This document shows positions 10,816 to 21,585 of a stretch of 64,000 nt of DNA, one piece after another (the stretch's first letter is position 1; each line of letters opens with the position of its first letter). The translations under genes and the position numbers were made by a program. The notes under the pieces were generated by a model that was not told the origin of the DNA, made no database searches, and was given only the letters and a program-made list of their open reading frames with translations. The DNA comes from Vulcanimicrobiota bacterium (GTDB taxonomy: Bacteria; Vulcanimicrobiota; Vulcanimicrobiia; Vulcanimicrobiales; Vulcanimicrobiaceae). The stretch covers positions 128,001 through 192,000 of the forward strand of contig CAWGBN010000006.1 in the NCBI GenBank assembly GCA_963820825.1, written 5' to 3'.

Positions 10816-11526
10816 ATGATCTCCCTCCGCGGCGTTTCGCTTGTCTATCCCAACGGAGTACGCGCCCTCGACAACGTCACTCTGGAGATTGCGAAGGGCG
10901 ACTTCGTCTTCCTCGTCGGCGATTCCGGAACCGGCAAGTCGAGTCTGCTGCGCCTTCTCTATCGCGAGGCCAAATCGACCACCGGCGAAATCATCGTCGA
11001 CGGAATTCGCGTCGACCGCCTCCGCCGCAGCCGCATCCCGGCGCTGCGCCGCCATCTCGGCGTCGTCTTTCAAGATTTCAAGCTGCTCGTCGACAAGACG
11101 GTCTGGGAGAACGTCGCTTTCGCAATGCAAGTAACCGGCGCGCACACGCGCGACGTCATGCGGCAGGTACCCCGCGTCCTCGACCTGGTCGGACTCTCGC
11201 ATAAGAGCCGGATGTATCCCGGCGAGCTCTCCGGCGGCGAGCAGCAGCGCACCGCGATCGCGCGAGCGCTCGTCAACAATCCGAAGATTCTGCTCTGCGA
11301 CGAACCGACGGGGAATCTCGATCCGGCGAATACCACCGAGATCACGGCGCTGCTTTTACGCATCAATCTCAAGGGTACGACGGTCGTCGTTGCGACGCAC
11401 AATCAGGCGGTCGTCGATCGCATGCGCCGCCGCGTCGTGCGTCTGGACGACGGACGCATCGCCACCGACGAAGAGCGAGGATACTACTATCTTGGACTCC
11501 GGGAAAGTCAAGTTCTTTCTGGCTGA
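10816..11526 (+). CDS. ftsE: Cell division ATP-binding protein FtsE
   Basis: GDSGTGKS, VFQDFKLL, LSGGEQQR, DEPTGNLD; upstream of ftsX. Confidence 0.93.
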   Translation: MISLRGVSLVYPNGVRALDNVTLEIAKGDFVFLVGDSGTGKSSLLRLLYREAKSTTGEIIVDGIRVDRLRRSRIPALRRHLGVVFQDFKLLVDKTVWENVAFAMQVTGAHTRDVMRQVPRVLDLVGLSHKSRMYPGELSGGEQQRTAIARALVNNPKILLCDEPTGNLDPANTTEITALLLRINLKGTTVVVATHNQAVVDRMRRRVVRLDDGRIATDEERGYYYLGLRESQVLSG

Positions 11527-12373
11527 GGTGTTGCGCAACTTCTCGCGCAACGCCGGAATGCAAGCCACCGCGATAGGAACGGTTGCGATTACGATCGTGC
11601 TGCTCGGCCTCTTCCTATTCGTGCGCGCGGCGGTCGCCGATGCCGGCCGTCAGCTGCTCGATGAAATTTCGGTCTCGGCATATCTTCGCTCGGACGCAAC
11701 GCCCCAGCAAGTCACCGCGATCGCCCACTTCCTCGCGCGAGATCCGCGGGTCGCGTCGGCGCGGTACGTTCCCAAGAAGCAGGGTCTGGCGGAGCTGCGC
11801 GAACGCACGAAGGGAACGATCGACACCGCGCTGCTAACCGAGAATCCGCTTCCCGACAAGTTCCGCATCAAAGCGCGCGTCGCCGACGACGTTCCGGCGA
11901 TCGCGGCGAGCGTGCGCCGTTTGAGCGGCGTCGATAACGTGGTCTACGGACAGAAGATCGTGCAGCGTCTGCTCCAGCTCGGCGCGGTGCTCCGGCGCAT
12001 CAGCATCGCCGTGATCGTGGTCTTCTTCGCCGTCGCCGGAATCATCATCGCCAATACGATTCGCTTGACCGTCTTCGCCCGGCGTCGCGAGATAGCGATC
12101 ATGCAACTCGTCGGCGCGACGAATACCTACATCCGCCTGCCCTTCATCTGCGAGGGGCTGCTCGACGGATTGGTCGGTGCGCTCGTTGCCGTCTCGCTGC
12201 TCGCCGCCGCGCGCGCGGCACTCTGGCCGCGCTTACTCGAAGCGTTGCCGTGGGCGCAGCTGACCGTCGTTCCGGTCGACGGTCGGATCCTCGCCGCCGA
12301 GCTGCTCGTAGTCGGCGCCGCAATCGGGATCGTTGCCTCGTGGGTCTCCGTCGGGCGTCATCTGCGGACGTAG
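11492..12373 (+). CDS. ftsX: Cell division permease FtsX
   Basis: ENPLP, NTIRLTVFARRREIAIMQLVGAT; TTG start inferred. Confidence 0.92.
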   Translation: MDSGKVKFFLAEVLRNFSRNAGMQATAIGTVAITIVLLGLFLFVRAAVADAGRQLLDEISVSAYLRSDATPQQVTAIAHFLARDPRVASARYVPKKQGLAELRERTKGTIDTALLTENPLPDKFRIKARVADDVPAIAASVRRLSGVDNVVYGQKIVQRLLQLGAVLRRISIAVIVVFFAVAGIIIANTIRLTVFARRREIAIMQLVGATNTYIRLPFICEGLLDGLVGALVAVSLLAAARAALWPRLLEALPWAQLTVVPVDGRILAAELLVVGAAIGIVASWVSVGRHLRT

Positions 12374-12382
12374 GCTAGCCGC

Positions 12383-13561
12383 ATGCAGGTTCGACTCGCA
12401 CTCGCCGCCGCCATACTCGCGCTCGTCCCCGTGGTCGCCGCCGGATCGACCCTCGAGCAGCGCATCGAAGCGCAGCGCGCCAGGGCCGCGCAGACGCAGT
12501 CGCGCCTGCATGCCAAGCGCGCCGAGCTGCACGCCGTAACGCTCCACTACGACGATCTCCAACGCCAGCTCGGCGAGACGACCGCGGCGATCGGTACCGT
12601 CAACGATCACCTCGAGTCGCTCACCGCGCAACAAGCGTCGACGCAGCGGCGGATCGATTGGAACGCCATCGAGCTCGACGCCGCGCAGCGGTCGCTCAAG
12701 CTGCACGACCAGCTGCTCAAACGGCGGCTGGTCAACATTTACGAATACGGCGATCTCTCGTACGTCAACACGCTGATCGCCGCGCGTTCGTTCAGCGACT
12801 TCGTCGAACGCTGGGAGGATTTGCGCCTGCTGATCGCCGCCAACGAACGGACGATCCGCTCGCGCAAGGCCGCCGAGAGACGCGTCGCGGCGATTGAAGC
12901 CGATCTCGAGCGCACGCGCATGGAGCTGCAACAAGAGGAGACGGCGCAACAAGAGGCTCGCAGCCAGCTCAACTCGTTGGCTGACGAGCGGCGCAATCTC
13001 GTCGAGCTCGCCTCCGTGCAGCGGCACAGCGTCGCCTCGCAGGTCGCCGAGATCGAGAGCCTCTCGGCCTCCGAGGAAGCGGCCCTCGAGAGCCTGATTC
13101 TCGAGCGCGAGCGCGCGATTGCCGCCGAGCATCGCGCGGAAGGCATCGCCGGCGGCGTAGAGACCCAGGGTGGGCTCGGCAGCTTCTCTTGGCCGGTGAC
13201 CGGAACGATCACCTCGCCCTTCGGCTGGCGTTCGAATCCCTTCGGCGGCGCCCCGGAGTTCCATCAAGGCCTCGATATTGCCGCTCCGTCGGGGACGACC
13301 GTAACCGCGGCCGCGGCCGGAACCGTTATTATGTCACAGTGGTACGGCGGCTACGGCAACTACATCCTGATCGATCACGGCGGGAGCTACTCGACGGGAT
13401 ACGGCCATCTTTCCGCGATGTACGTCTCGGCAGGGCAGTCGGTTCAGCGCGGTCAGGCGATCGGTGCCGTCGGCTCGACCGGGCAATCGACCGGGCCCCA
13501 TCTCCACTTCGAGGTTCGGATAGCCGGAAAGCCCGTCGACCCGGCCCCCCGCCTTCATTAA
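12383..13561 (+). CDS. EnvC-like coiled-coil M23 peptidase
   Basis: Signal peptide, coiled coil, HQGLD and GPHLHFE zinc motifs intact. Confidence 0.9.
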   Translation: MQVRLALAAAILALVPVVAAGSTLEQRIEAQRARAAQTQSRLHAKRAELHAVTLHYDDLQRQLGETTAAIGTVNDHLESLTAQQASTQRRIDWNAIELDAAQRSLKLHDQLLKRRLVNIYEYGDLSYVNTLIAARSFSDFVERWEDLRLLIAANERTIRSRKAAERRVAAIEADLERTRMELQQEETAQQEARSQLNSLADERRNLVELASVQRHSVASQVAEIESLSASEEAALESLILERERAIAAEHRAEGIAGGVETQGGLGSFSWPVTGTITSPFGWRSNPFGGAPEFHQGLDIAAPSGTTVTAAAAGTVIMSQWYGGYGNYILIDHGGSYSTGYGHLSAMYVSAGQSVQRGQAIGAVGSTGQSTGPHLHFEVRIAGKPVDPAPRLH

Positions 13562-13630
13562 GACTTTGCGAGTACTCTGAGGAAGAGCAACTCAAAGGCC
13601 GCCACGGCGGGTACTGACTAAAAGGAATCC

Positions 13631-15040
13631 ATGACTCGTTTCCCACGCCTTCTGTTTGTCGTTTCGCTCTTCGTCGCGCTTGCAATCGTCGGCACGCTCG
13701 CCATCGGTCTGCAGACCGGTATGATCGCGCGCCAATCGGTGCTCGAGGTCGCGACGACCGGCGATCTGCACGATCTCTTCGCACCCCGCGCGGCCGAGGG
13801 TTCGATCGTCGTCAATCTCGCCTTACGCAAGCTCGAAAGCACCTATTACAAACCGATCGATCCGCAGACCCCGATCGCCGGCGAAGCCACGGCGCTCCGC
13901 ACGTACCTCAATCAGAAGAAGATCGGTAACGCGACGCTGCCCGCCGAGACCGCGAGTGGTGATCCGAGTCAAGACGCCGCACGCGCCGCCGAAGTACTGG
14001 CCTACGCCCAGCAGCACTACGCCGCCGACGTCGGCCCGAACGGACGCGACGACCTAACCGACGCCGCGCTGCGCGGCATGATGAACTCCGTCCGGGATCC
14101 GTATACCGTCTATCTCTCTCCCCGCGAAATTCAGGGTTTGAACGAATCGCTCTCCGGCGGCAACTTCGGCGGAATCGGCGTCTATATCTATCAGCTCAAG
14201 GACGGCCGGATCATCGTGCAGCCGATCGAAGCGATGCCGGCCGCACGAGCCGGGATGAAGCCCGGCGACATCGTCGATAGCGTCGACGGCAAGAACGTGC
14301 GCGGCTTGAACATCGACCGGGTCGAAGCGCTGATTCGCGGCGAAGCCGGCACGATCGTTCGCATGCGCGTTCACGCGTTCAACGCTCCTTCGAAGGAGCG
14401 CTCCTACGCGATCGTGCGCGACATCATTCACGTGCCGACGGTGCGGGCGAAGATGGAGGACGGGATCGACTATATCCGCCTCTCGGATTTCGGCACGACT
14501 TCGGCCGACGAGATTCGCAAGGCGCTCTTAGACGGGCGCGCACACGGCGCTCGCGGATACATTCTCGATCTGCGCGACAACGGTGGCGGCCTTCTCGATG
14601 CTGCCGTCGAGATCTCGAGTTTCTTCATCCCGCAGGGCACGATCGTTTCGACGATTCGGCGCGACGGCCAACGCACGAGTCAAGGGGCGCTCGGCGACGC
14701 GATCGGCGGCCTCCATCCGCTCGTCCTGCTCGTCAACAAGTACACTGCGAGCGCTTCGGAGATTACCGCCGGCGCGCTTCAAGATTACCGGCTCGCGACG
14801 CTCGTCGGCACGCGGACCTTCGGCAAGGGCGTCGTGCAGAGCATCTTTCCGCTTCCCGACGATGGTGCGCTTAAGATTACGACCGCGCGCTACGTGACGC
14901 CGGCCGGGCGGGACATCCAGCACCACGGCATCGAGCCCGACGTCGTCGTCGATCAAAGCCTGAACCCGTCGCTCATCGACACGCCTGCCGACAAGCAACT
15001 CGCGGTGGCCAAGGCACGATTCCTCGCCCCCAACCGTTAA
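13631..15040 (+). CDS. S41 carboxy-terminal processing protease (PDZ), paralog 1
   Basis: FGGIG, DLRDNGGG, TASASE, TFGKG. Confidence 0.93.
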   Translation: MTRFPRLLFVVSLFVALAIVGTLAIGLQTGMIARQSVLEVATTGDLHDLFAPRAAEGSIVVNLALRKLESTYYKPIDPQTPIAGEATALRTYLNQKKIGNATLPAETASGDPSQDAARAAEVLAYAQQHYAADVGPNGRDDLTDAALRGMMNSVRDPYTVYLSPREIQGLNESLSGGNFGGIGVYIYQLKDGRIIVQPIEAMPAARAGMKPGDIVDSVDGKNVRGLNIDRVEALIRGEAGTIVRMRVHAFNAPSKERSYAIVRDIIHVPTVRAKMEDGIDYIRLSDFGTTSADEIRKALLDGRAHGARGYILDLRDNGGGLLDAAVEISSFFIPQGTIVSTIRRDGQRTSQGALGDAIGGLHPLVLLVNKYTASASEITAGALQDYRLATLVGTRTFGKGVVQSIFPLPDDGALKITTARYVTPAGRDIQHHGIEPDVVVDQSLNPSLIDTPADKQLAVAKARFLAPNR

Positions 15041-15050
15041 TGTGGAGATC

Positions 15051-16412
15051 ATGAAACGCTTTCTTTCGATTCTCTGGGCGGGCGCGCTCAGCGCGAGCCT
15101 CTTTCAACTCACCGTCGCCGTCGCGGCGCAAGGGACGCACCTGTCCTCGGTCGATGCGGGGGAGATCGCTACGAGCTACGGCTATTTGACCGATAACTTC
15201 TATAAGAAGGTCGATCCACAGGTCGTTCTCGACGCGATTCGAGCGCAGCTCCTCGCGGCGATGCGAACGGCCGGCGTCAAGCAGGCCGAGCTTCCGGTCA
15301 TGCATGCGAGCAACGTCGCGTCGAACGACGTTCGCGAAATCGATCGCGAGGTCGAAACCGCCGCAACGAAATCGAATTCGAAGTTTAGCCTCCACGATCT
15401 TACCTACGTCGCGCTCGACGGGATGATGAAGTCGGTCAAAGACCGCTACACCGTCTTTCTCACGCCCAAAGACTTTGCCGGACTCAATCAAGGGCTCGAC
15501 GGCGGAGATTTCGGCGGCACGGGCATCGTCATTCAGGTCGACGATAAAACGAAGTACATCTCCGTCGAGAACGTCGTTCCGGACGGACCTGCCGACAAGG
15601 CCGGCATCCAGCAAGACGATCTGATCATCTCAATCGACGGTGCGACGACGAAGGGCTTGACCCTCAACCAGGCCAGCGGAAAGCTGCGCGGTAAGGAAGG
15701 CACGAAGGTAACGCTGACGATCGAGCGCGACAGCAACACGCTGCCTGCGCCGATCACGATCACCCGGGCGAAGATCCATCAACTCAGCGTCTACGAGAAG
15801 ATGCTTCCCGGTAAAATCGGTTACGTCGCGTTGACGGTCTTCGGCCGCGGTACGGGCGACGAGCTCAATGCGGCGCTCGACCGTCTACAGAAGGAGGGCG
15901 CGAGAGCGCTCGTACTCGACCTTCGCGACAACGGCGGCGGTTATCTCGAAGCGGCCGTCGCGGTGAGTTCGAAGTTCATTCCGAGCGGACCGATCGTTTC
16001 GGTCGAGTCGCGCGCGTCGAACATCACCACGCTCGACGCCGACGATACCGCGATCAATCCGGTACCGCTCGTCGTCCTGGTCAACGGCTACACGGCGTCG
16101 GCCTCCGAGATCACCTCGGGCGCGATTCAAGATAGCAGCGTCGGGACGATCATCGGCACGAAGACCTTCGGCAAGGGCGTCGTACAAACGATCATTCCGC
16201 TTCCCGATAAGAGCGCGATCAAGATCACGACCGCGCGGTATCTCACGCCGCGCAACCGCGACATCAACCATCTCGGCATTACGCCCGATATCGTCGTCAG
16301 CGAAAACAAGCACGCGCAGTTCGGCCAACCGTCCAAAGACGAGCAGCTCGCGCGCGCGATTCAGTATCTCAACGACAAGCTCGCGCACATGAGCCAGGAG
16401 AACGGCGGCTAA
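15051..16412 (+). CDS. S41 carboxy-terminal processing protease (PDZ), paralog 2
   Basis: FGGTG, DLRDNGGG, TASASE, TFGKG. Confidence 0.93.
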   Translation: MKRFLSILWAGALSASLFQLTVAVAAQGTHLSSVDAGEIATSYGYLTDNFYKKVDPQVVLDAIRAQLLAAMRTAGVKQAELPVMHASNVASNDVREIDREVETAATKSNSKFSLHDLTYVALDGMMKSVKDRYTVFLTPKDFAGLNQGLDGGDFGGTGIVIQVDDKTKYISVENVVPDGPADKAGIQQDDLIISIDGATTKGLTLNQASGKLRGKEGTKVTLTIERDSNTLPAPITITRAKIHQLSVYEKMLPGKIGYVALTVFGRGTGDELNAALDRLQKEGARALVLDLRDNGGGYLEAAVAVSSKFIPSGPIVSVESRASNITTLDADDTAINPVPLVVLVNGYTASASEITSGAIQDSSVGTIIGTKTFGKGVVQTIIPLPDKSAIKITTARYLTPRNRDINHLGITPDIVVSENKHAQFGQPSKDEQLARAIQYLNDKLAHMSQENGG

Positions 16413-18890
16413 GAGCTCTTCTTCTTGCGAGAGGCCGTCGTTGCGGTCTTTCGTTTACGCGCCGTCTTCGGCTTCCCGCCGCTCGTCGAAGCGACGCCCG
16501 GCTCGCTCTTGGGCTCGGCCTTCTTACGCGTGCGCCGCGCTTTGGGTTCCGGCGCCGGTAGGGCAAGCGCGCTTCCCGTCGCCTCGAGCTCGCTGCTAAC
16601 CGCCGCGCGCGGCGTGCGCCGGCGACGCGTCGGCTTCGTTCGCATCGGCTCTTCGCCGGGCGCGGTCAGGCTCGGCGGGGGCGCCTCGACGGCGGGCGGC
16701 GTTTCGCTGCGCGGCGCGATCGCTCGCGACGGTTCGTGCGGCATCGAGAGTGCGGCCGTATGCACCGCGCCGTCTCCACCGCCGCCTCGCCCCCGGCGTC
16801 CCCGTCGCCGTCGCCGGCGACGGCGGTGTTGGCCGGCACCGTCGCCCGAAAACGCTTCGAGCGGAGCGGGGGTCGCGGTCTCCTCGACGATCGGCGCGGT
16901 GGGCGCTTCGTCGCGGCCGCGCCCGCGACGCCGCCTGCGTCGCTTACGCTTGCCGTCGCCCGGCGCGTGAACCGCGCCTTCGGCGATGATGATCGCATCG
17001 GGCTGCGCCTCGCCTTTACGCTCGGCGCGCAGCGCTTTGTCTTGCGCCTCCTCTTCCTCGGTAATCGCCGAGATACCGATCGGCGGACGCGATGCCGATT
17101 GGCGCGCCGCGTCTTCGGCGAGCTCGCGCAGCTGCCGCGTCTGTTCGGCGGCGGAGACTTCCGCGCGCCGCCCGTGCCGCTTGCGCTTCGCTTTGACGCC
17201 GGCGGTTACCAGCTCGGCGAGAACGTAGTCGTCCTTGTCCTCGACGTCGATGATTCGAATGCGTACGAAGTTGCCCGCGCTATTCGCGGCGTTCTCGACC
17301 TCGGCGAGATGTCCGTCGACGACGGCGGCGGCAGAGGTCGGGTTCGGCAGCCGGCCGGGCAAGAGTTCGACTTCGTGCTCGTCGCCGACGCGGACGACGT
17401 GATCCTTTCGTTCCTTGAATCCGGCGACCGACTCGATGCGCGCCTTCTCCGGATGGATCATCGGATCGACCCGTACGTGGATCGGATGGGCGATCGCGCG
17501 GGCGAGCTCCGCGCACTCCTCCTCATACCAATAATCCATCTGCACGGCGACCGTCGGCGCGACGTGAACGACGACGTCGCCGGCGATGCCGTTGTTCGCC
17601 TCATTACGAATTCGCCGGAAGGTCTCGATGGCAACCGACTGTGCCGACATGACGCTGCCCATCCCGGCGCAGGTCGGACAGGCGCCGCGCAGCTGACTGC
17701 CGAGATCTTTACCGATGCGCTTGCGGGTGAACTCGAGCAGGCCGAGATTCGAAAAGGATTGGATCGTCGCCCGGGTCCGGTCGCGACGCAGATGATCCTC
17801 CATGGTCTTAACGACGCGGTCGCGCGACGCCTCCGAAGCCATGTCGATGAAGTCGACGACGATGATGCCGCCGATGTCGCGAAGGCGCACCTGCCGTGCG
17901 ATCTCCTCGGCGGCTTCGATGTTCGTCTTCAGAATCGTATCTTCGAGATTCCGCCCGCCGGTAAACTTTCCCGAGTTCACGTCGATGACCGTGAGCGCTT
18001 CGGTCGACTCGATGACGATCGAGGCTCCCGAGGGCAAATTGATCTTCGGCCGCATCAGCTTCTGCAACTCGTCCTCGATCTTGTAATCGTCGAAGAGCGA
18101 ACGGCCCGAGTTGTAGTGCTCGATGCGACTGATGTACTGCGGCCCTAAGAGCTGCAGGAGGTCGCGAATCTTGCGGTACTCTTCCTCGTCGTCGATCAGA
18201 ACGCGATCGACGTCGGCGGTGATGAAATCGCGCGCCGCCTTGTAGACGAGATTCATGTCCTTGTGAAGCAGCGACGGCGAAGGCGCGCGCTTGTATGTTT
18301 CGAGAATGCCGTGCCACATGCGGATGAGCACGCCGAGATCGGCGATCAGCTCGGCCTCGCTCGCGCCGGCCGCGGCCGTCCGCACCGACGGTCGCCATTC
18401 CTTCGGGCCGGATGCGCTTCATCACGCCCTTGAGGCGGTTGCGCTCGTCGGCCGACTCGACCTTGCGCGAGACGCCCGAGTACTTGCCGGTCGGCATCAA
18501 GATCAGATAGCGGCCCGGCAGCGAGATGTTGGTGGAGATACGCGCCCCTTTGAGGCCGCGCGGCTCCTTGACGATCTGCACCAGCACCTCGTCGCCGCGT
18601 TTGACCTTCTCGCTGATCGTAAAGCCGCTATGGCCTTGGGTGATCTCGACGTCGCCGATATTCAGCGGCTGTTTGTTGATGTCGTCGACGTAAAGGAAGG
18701 CGTTCCGCCCTAAACCGATGTCGACGAAGGCGGCCCCCATGCCCGGGAGCACGTTCTGTACTTTGCCCTTGTAGATCGAGCCGATGACCTTCTCTTCGCG
18801 CTCGATGTAGAGTTCGGCTAACTCGCCGTCCTCGAGTATGGCGACCCGGTTTTCCCACGGGTCGCTCGAGATCAATATCTCGCTCGACAA
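16409..18890 (-). CDS. Rne/Rng family ribonuclease with long disordered C-terminal tail; one extra base near 18386
   Basis: S1 domain (GSIYKGKVQNVLPGMGAAFVDIG), VIDVNSG, RLRDIGGIIVVDFIDM, CPTC. Two ORFs join at GMATV/VRTAA. Confidence 0.92.
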
Positions 18891-19121
18891 ATTTTCCTCA
18901 AATCACGCGAGCCGGCCGGCCGCCGCGCTAACCCTCTACGGGGCGCTTGCGGGCGGCGCTTCCGCGCCGCAACGGCGAGCTCTCGAAAAAATTCTAGTTA
19001 AAAACCTCTGCCGACGGCCCTTCGTCGAATCGACGGGGCCAGCCGGCGCAGCCGCTCTTTCTGTTCCCGGCGCGGGGAGAACGGCCCTGCGCCCGAGCCA
19101 TCCGGGCGTACGCCCGCCCTT
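18891..19121 (-). promoter_or_regulatory. Structured 5' leader of the Rne/Rng gene
   Basis: 231-nt gap with hairpins GGCCCTTCGTCGAATCGACGGGGCC, GCGGCGCTTCCGCGCCGC and CGCCCGAGCCATCCGGGCG, plus an AT-rich segment. Confidence 0.45.
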
Positions 19122-20255
19122 CTAGGCGTTGCCCAGCACGTCGCGGTCCCGCTGCGAGTAGATGTTGAGGAGGATGCCGACCGCCACGAAGTCGGTAAGC
19201 ATGGCAGAGCCGCCGTACGACATGAACGGCAGCGGTATTCCGGTGATCGGCATGATCCCGATCGTCATGCCGAGGTTCACCAGCACGTGAAAGAAGAGCA
19301 TCCCGACCAGTCCCGCGGCCAGCAGAAAGCCGAACCGGTCTCGCGCGCTGAGCATCGTGCGGATCCCGCCGTAGAGGAGCGCCGCGTAGAGCGCGAGCAG
19401 GACAGCGGCCCCGCCGAAGCCCCACTCTTCGGCCAAGACGGTGAAGATAAAATCGCGTGAATGCTCCGGCACGAAGTTAAGCTGCGTCTGCGTGCCGTGA
19501 TAGAGCCCGCGGCCGAACCACTCGCCGTTGCCGACGGCAATCTTCGATTGGTTCAGGTTATACCCGGCGCCCTGCGGATCGGCTCTGGGATTGAGGAAGA
19601 CGAAGAGCCGCGCGCGCTGGAAGGGCTTGAGCACCGCGTTGGTACCGAGCGCGGCGGCGGCCACGACGAGCACGCCCAGGAGATAGATGCCGAAGTCGCC
19701 GAGCTTGGGCAAGGCGAAGAAGAGTTCGACCGTCATGATCGCGAGCAAGACGAGCGACGAGCCGAGATCGGGCTGCTTCAAGATGAGCAGCGCCGGAATC
19801 GCGACGGTCAAAAGCGGCTTGTAGATTGTCTGTAGATTCTCGTAGGTGCCCCGGCAGAGTACGGCGGCGAGCGAAATGGCAATAACGAGCTTCGCCGGTT
19901 CGGAGGGCTGGAACGTGCCGAGCGGACCGAGCGAGATCCATCGCTGCGCGCCCATCGCACTGTGACCGCCGCGCAGAATGAAGAGCAGCAGGAGCAGGTT
20001 GACGACGTAGAGCCCCGGTGCCCAGCGCTGCCACGTCCGATAGTCGACGCGCGACACGGCGAACATCGCCGCCAAGCCGAGCAGCAGGTAAAGGATCTGC
20101 TTTTTAAACTCTCCGGTGGCGGTGGGCGCGTGCAACCCGGCCGAGCGGACGCAGACGATCCCCAACAACGACACGAGCAAGGCAGCGATCGCGAGATACC
20201 AGTTGAAGTTGCGCACGTAGCGCATGGTATCGGCACGAAGCAGTCCTACCGCCAT
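19122..20255 (-). CDS. rodA: Rod shape-determining protein RodA (SEDS)
   Basis: GAQRWI, FQPSE, QPDLG, PEHSRDFIF, GIPLPFMSYGGS; follows minE. Confidence 0.93.
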   Translation of the reverse strand: MAVGLLRADTMRYVRNFNWYLAIAALLVSLLGIVCVRSAGLHAPTATGEFKKQILYLLLGLAAMFAVSRVDYRTWQRWAPGLYVVNLLLLLFILRGGHSAMGAQRWISLGPLGTFQPSEPAKLVIAISLAAVLCRGTYENLQTIYKPLLTVAIPALLILKQPDLGSSLVLLAIMTVELFFALPKLGDFGIYLLGVLVVAAAALGTNAVLKPFQRARLFVFLNPRADPQGAGYNLNQSKIAVGNGEWFGRGLYHGTQTQLNFVPEHSRDFIFTVLAEEWGFGGAAVLLALYAALLYGGIRTMLSARDRFGFLLAAGLVGMLFFHVLVNLGMTIGIMPITGIPLPFMSYGGSAMLTDFVAVGILLNIYSQRDRDVLGNA

Positions 20256-20303
20256 AGCTGCTACTCTTACGCGGACGAGGGTGGAAGGCTCCTCGTCGGC
20301 GCG

Positions 20304-20720
20304 CTACTGCGCGGCGGCGGGAGCCGGTGCCGGCGAAGCGCCTTGCGCCTTCTTGCGTTTTCGCCGCTTGCGCACCGGCGGCTTCGGCGGCACCGATGCT
20401 TGCGTTGCAGGCGATGCGGGCGGCGCCGGCGATTCCTGCGCGACGGTCCCGTTTCCATTTGGGCTCGGCCGATTGACGGCGAGAATCGGGATGTTTGCCA
20501 GCATGGCGAGCGTCCGGTCCTGCCGCTCGAAGCTCACGTCGATCTTCTCGCGGTCGACTTCGACGAAGCGCGAGATCACGTCGACGAGATCGCGTTTCAT
20601 CGCCTCGATCATCTCGGGTGCGAGTTCGAGATGGTCGGTCATGAGCACCAGACGCAAGCGCTCCTTTGCAGTCGCGCTCGAGCCCTGCTGACGGAAGAGG
20701 CGCTTCAAAAACTCGATCAC
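20304..20720 (-). CDS. minE: MinE with Pro/Lys-rich C-terminal extension
   Basis: AKERLRLVL, LVDVISRFV, LANIP. Confidence 0.92.
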   Translation of the reverse strand: MIEFLKRLFRQQGSSATAKERLRLVLMTDHLELAPEMIEAMKRDLVDVISRFVEVDREKIDVSFERQDRTLAMLANIPILAVNRPSPNGNGTVAQESPAPPASPATQASVPPKPPVRKRRKRKKAQGASPAPAPAAAQ

Positions 20721-21581
20721 CGGCGCTTTCCTCCGAGCATCGAGCCGAGCCGCTCGAAGAGCGAGACTTTCGCCGGCGCCGGCATCGGTGCCGCAACGTC
20801 CTCACCGGCGAGACGCGCCGCGATCGCGTGGTATGCGGCGCCGGTCGGCGTCGCCATGCGCAGCGCGAGCGGCTCGCCGCGATTCGTCGTCACGATGATC
20901 TCCGGCTCGTCGGCGATGACGCCGAGCAGCGGCAGGCGCAAGATCGCGTTGACGTCTTCGACCGAGAGCATCTTGCCTTTCTGCACGAGCTGCGGCCGGA
21001 GCCGGTTGATCACCAACTGCGGGTGAAAGCGATTTCCCAACAGACCGACGACGCGATCGACGTCGCGGACGGCGGCGACTTCGGGGGTACAGATGACGAT
21101 CGCCTCGTCGGCGCCGGCGACGGCGTTCTTGAAGCCGAGCTCGATCCCGGCGGGGCTGTCGATCAGCACGTAATCGAAGCGCTCGCGCAGTCTGGTGACG
21201 AGCGCCTGCATTGCAGCGGTCTCGACTTCGTCTTTCTCGCGCGATTGCGCCGCAGCGAGCAAGAAGAGCCGCTCCGTATGCTTATCGGGAACGAGGGCGT
21301 CGTCGAGCTCGACGACGCTCCTCGAGCACGTCGAGCAGATGGTGTTTGACGCGGCTCTCCAAGCCGAGGACGATGTCGAGATTGCGCAATCCGACGTCGG
21401 CATCGACGAGCACCACGCCGGCGCCGCGGCTGGCCAGCGCCGTGCCGAGATTCGCCGTCGTCGTCGTCTTGCCGACGCCGCCCTTGCCCGAGGTGAGAAC
21501 GATCGCGCGCCCCAGCTTGGCGGGCGCCGCGGCTTGCGGCGCGGCTTGGAGTACGTGGTCGTCGTCTTGCAGTTGATGCAA
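20717..21581 (-). CDS. minD: MinD paralog 2; one extra base near 21314
   Basis: TSGKGGVGKTT, DADVGLRNLD, DSPAGIE, amphipathic tail LFERLGSML. Confidence 0.88.
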
Positions 21582-21585
21582 AGCC

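Noticed and set aside
13570..13616. Hammerhead-like three-way junction (AGTAC-T-CTGAGGA...CCGCC/GGCGG-GTACT)
   Set aside because: CUGANGA is present, but the required GAAA and cleavage triplet are missing
16740..16960. DNA tandem repeats (CGC/CGT runs)
   Set aside because: Explained by poly-Arg coding in the RNase tail
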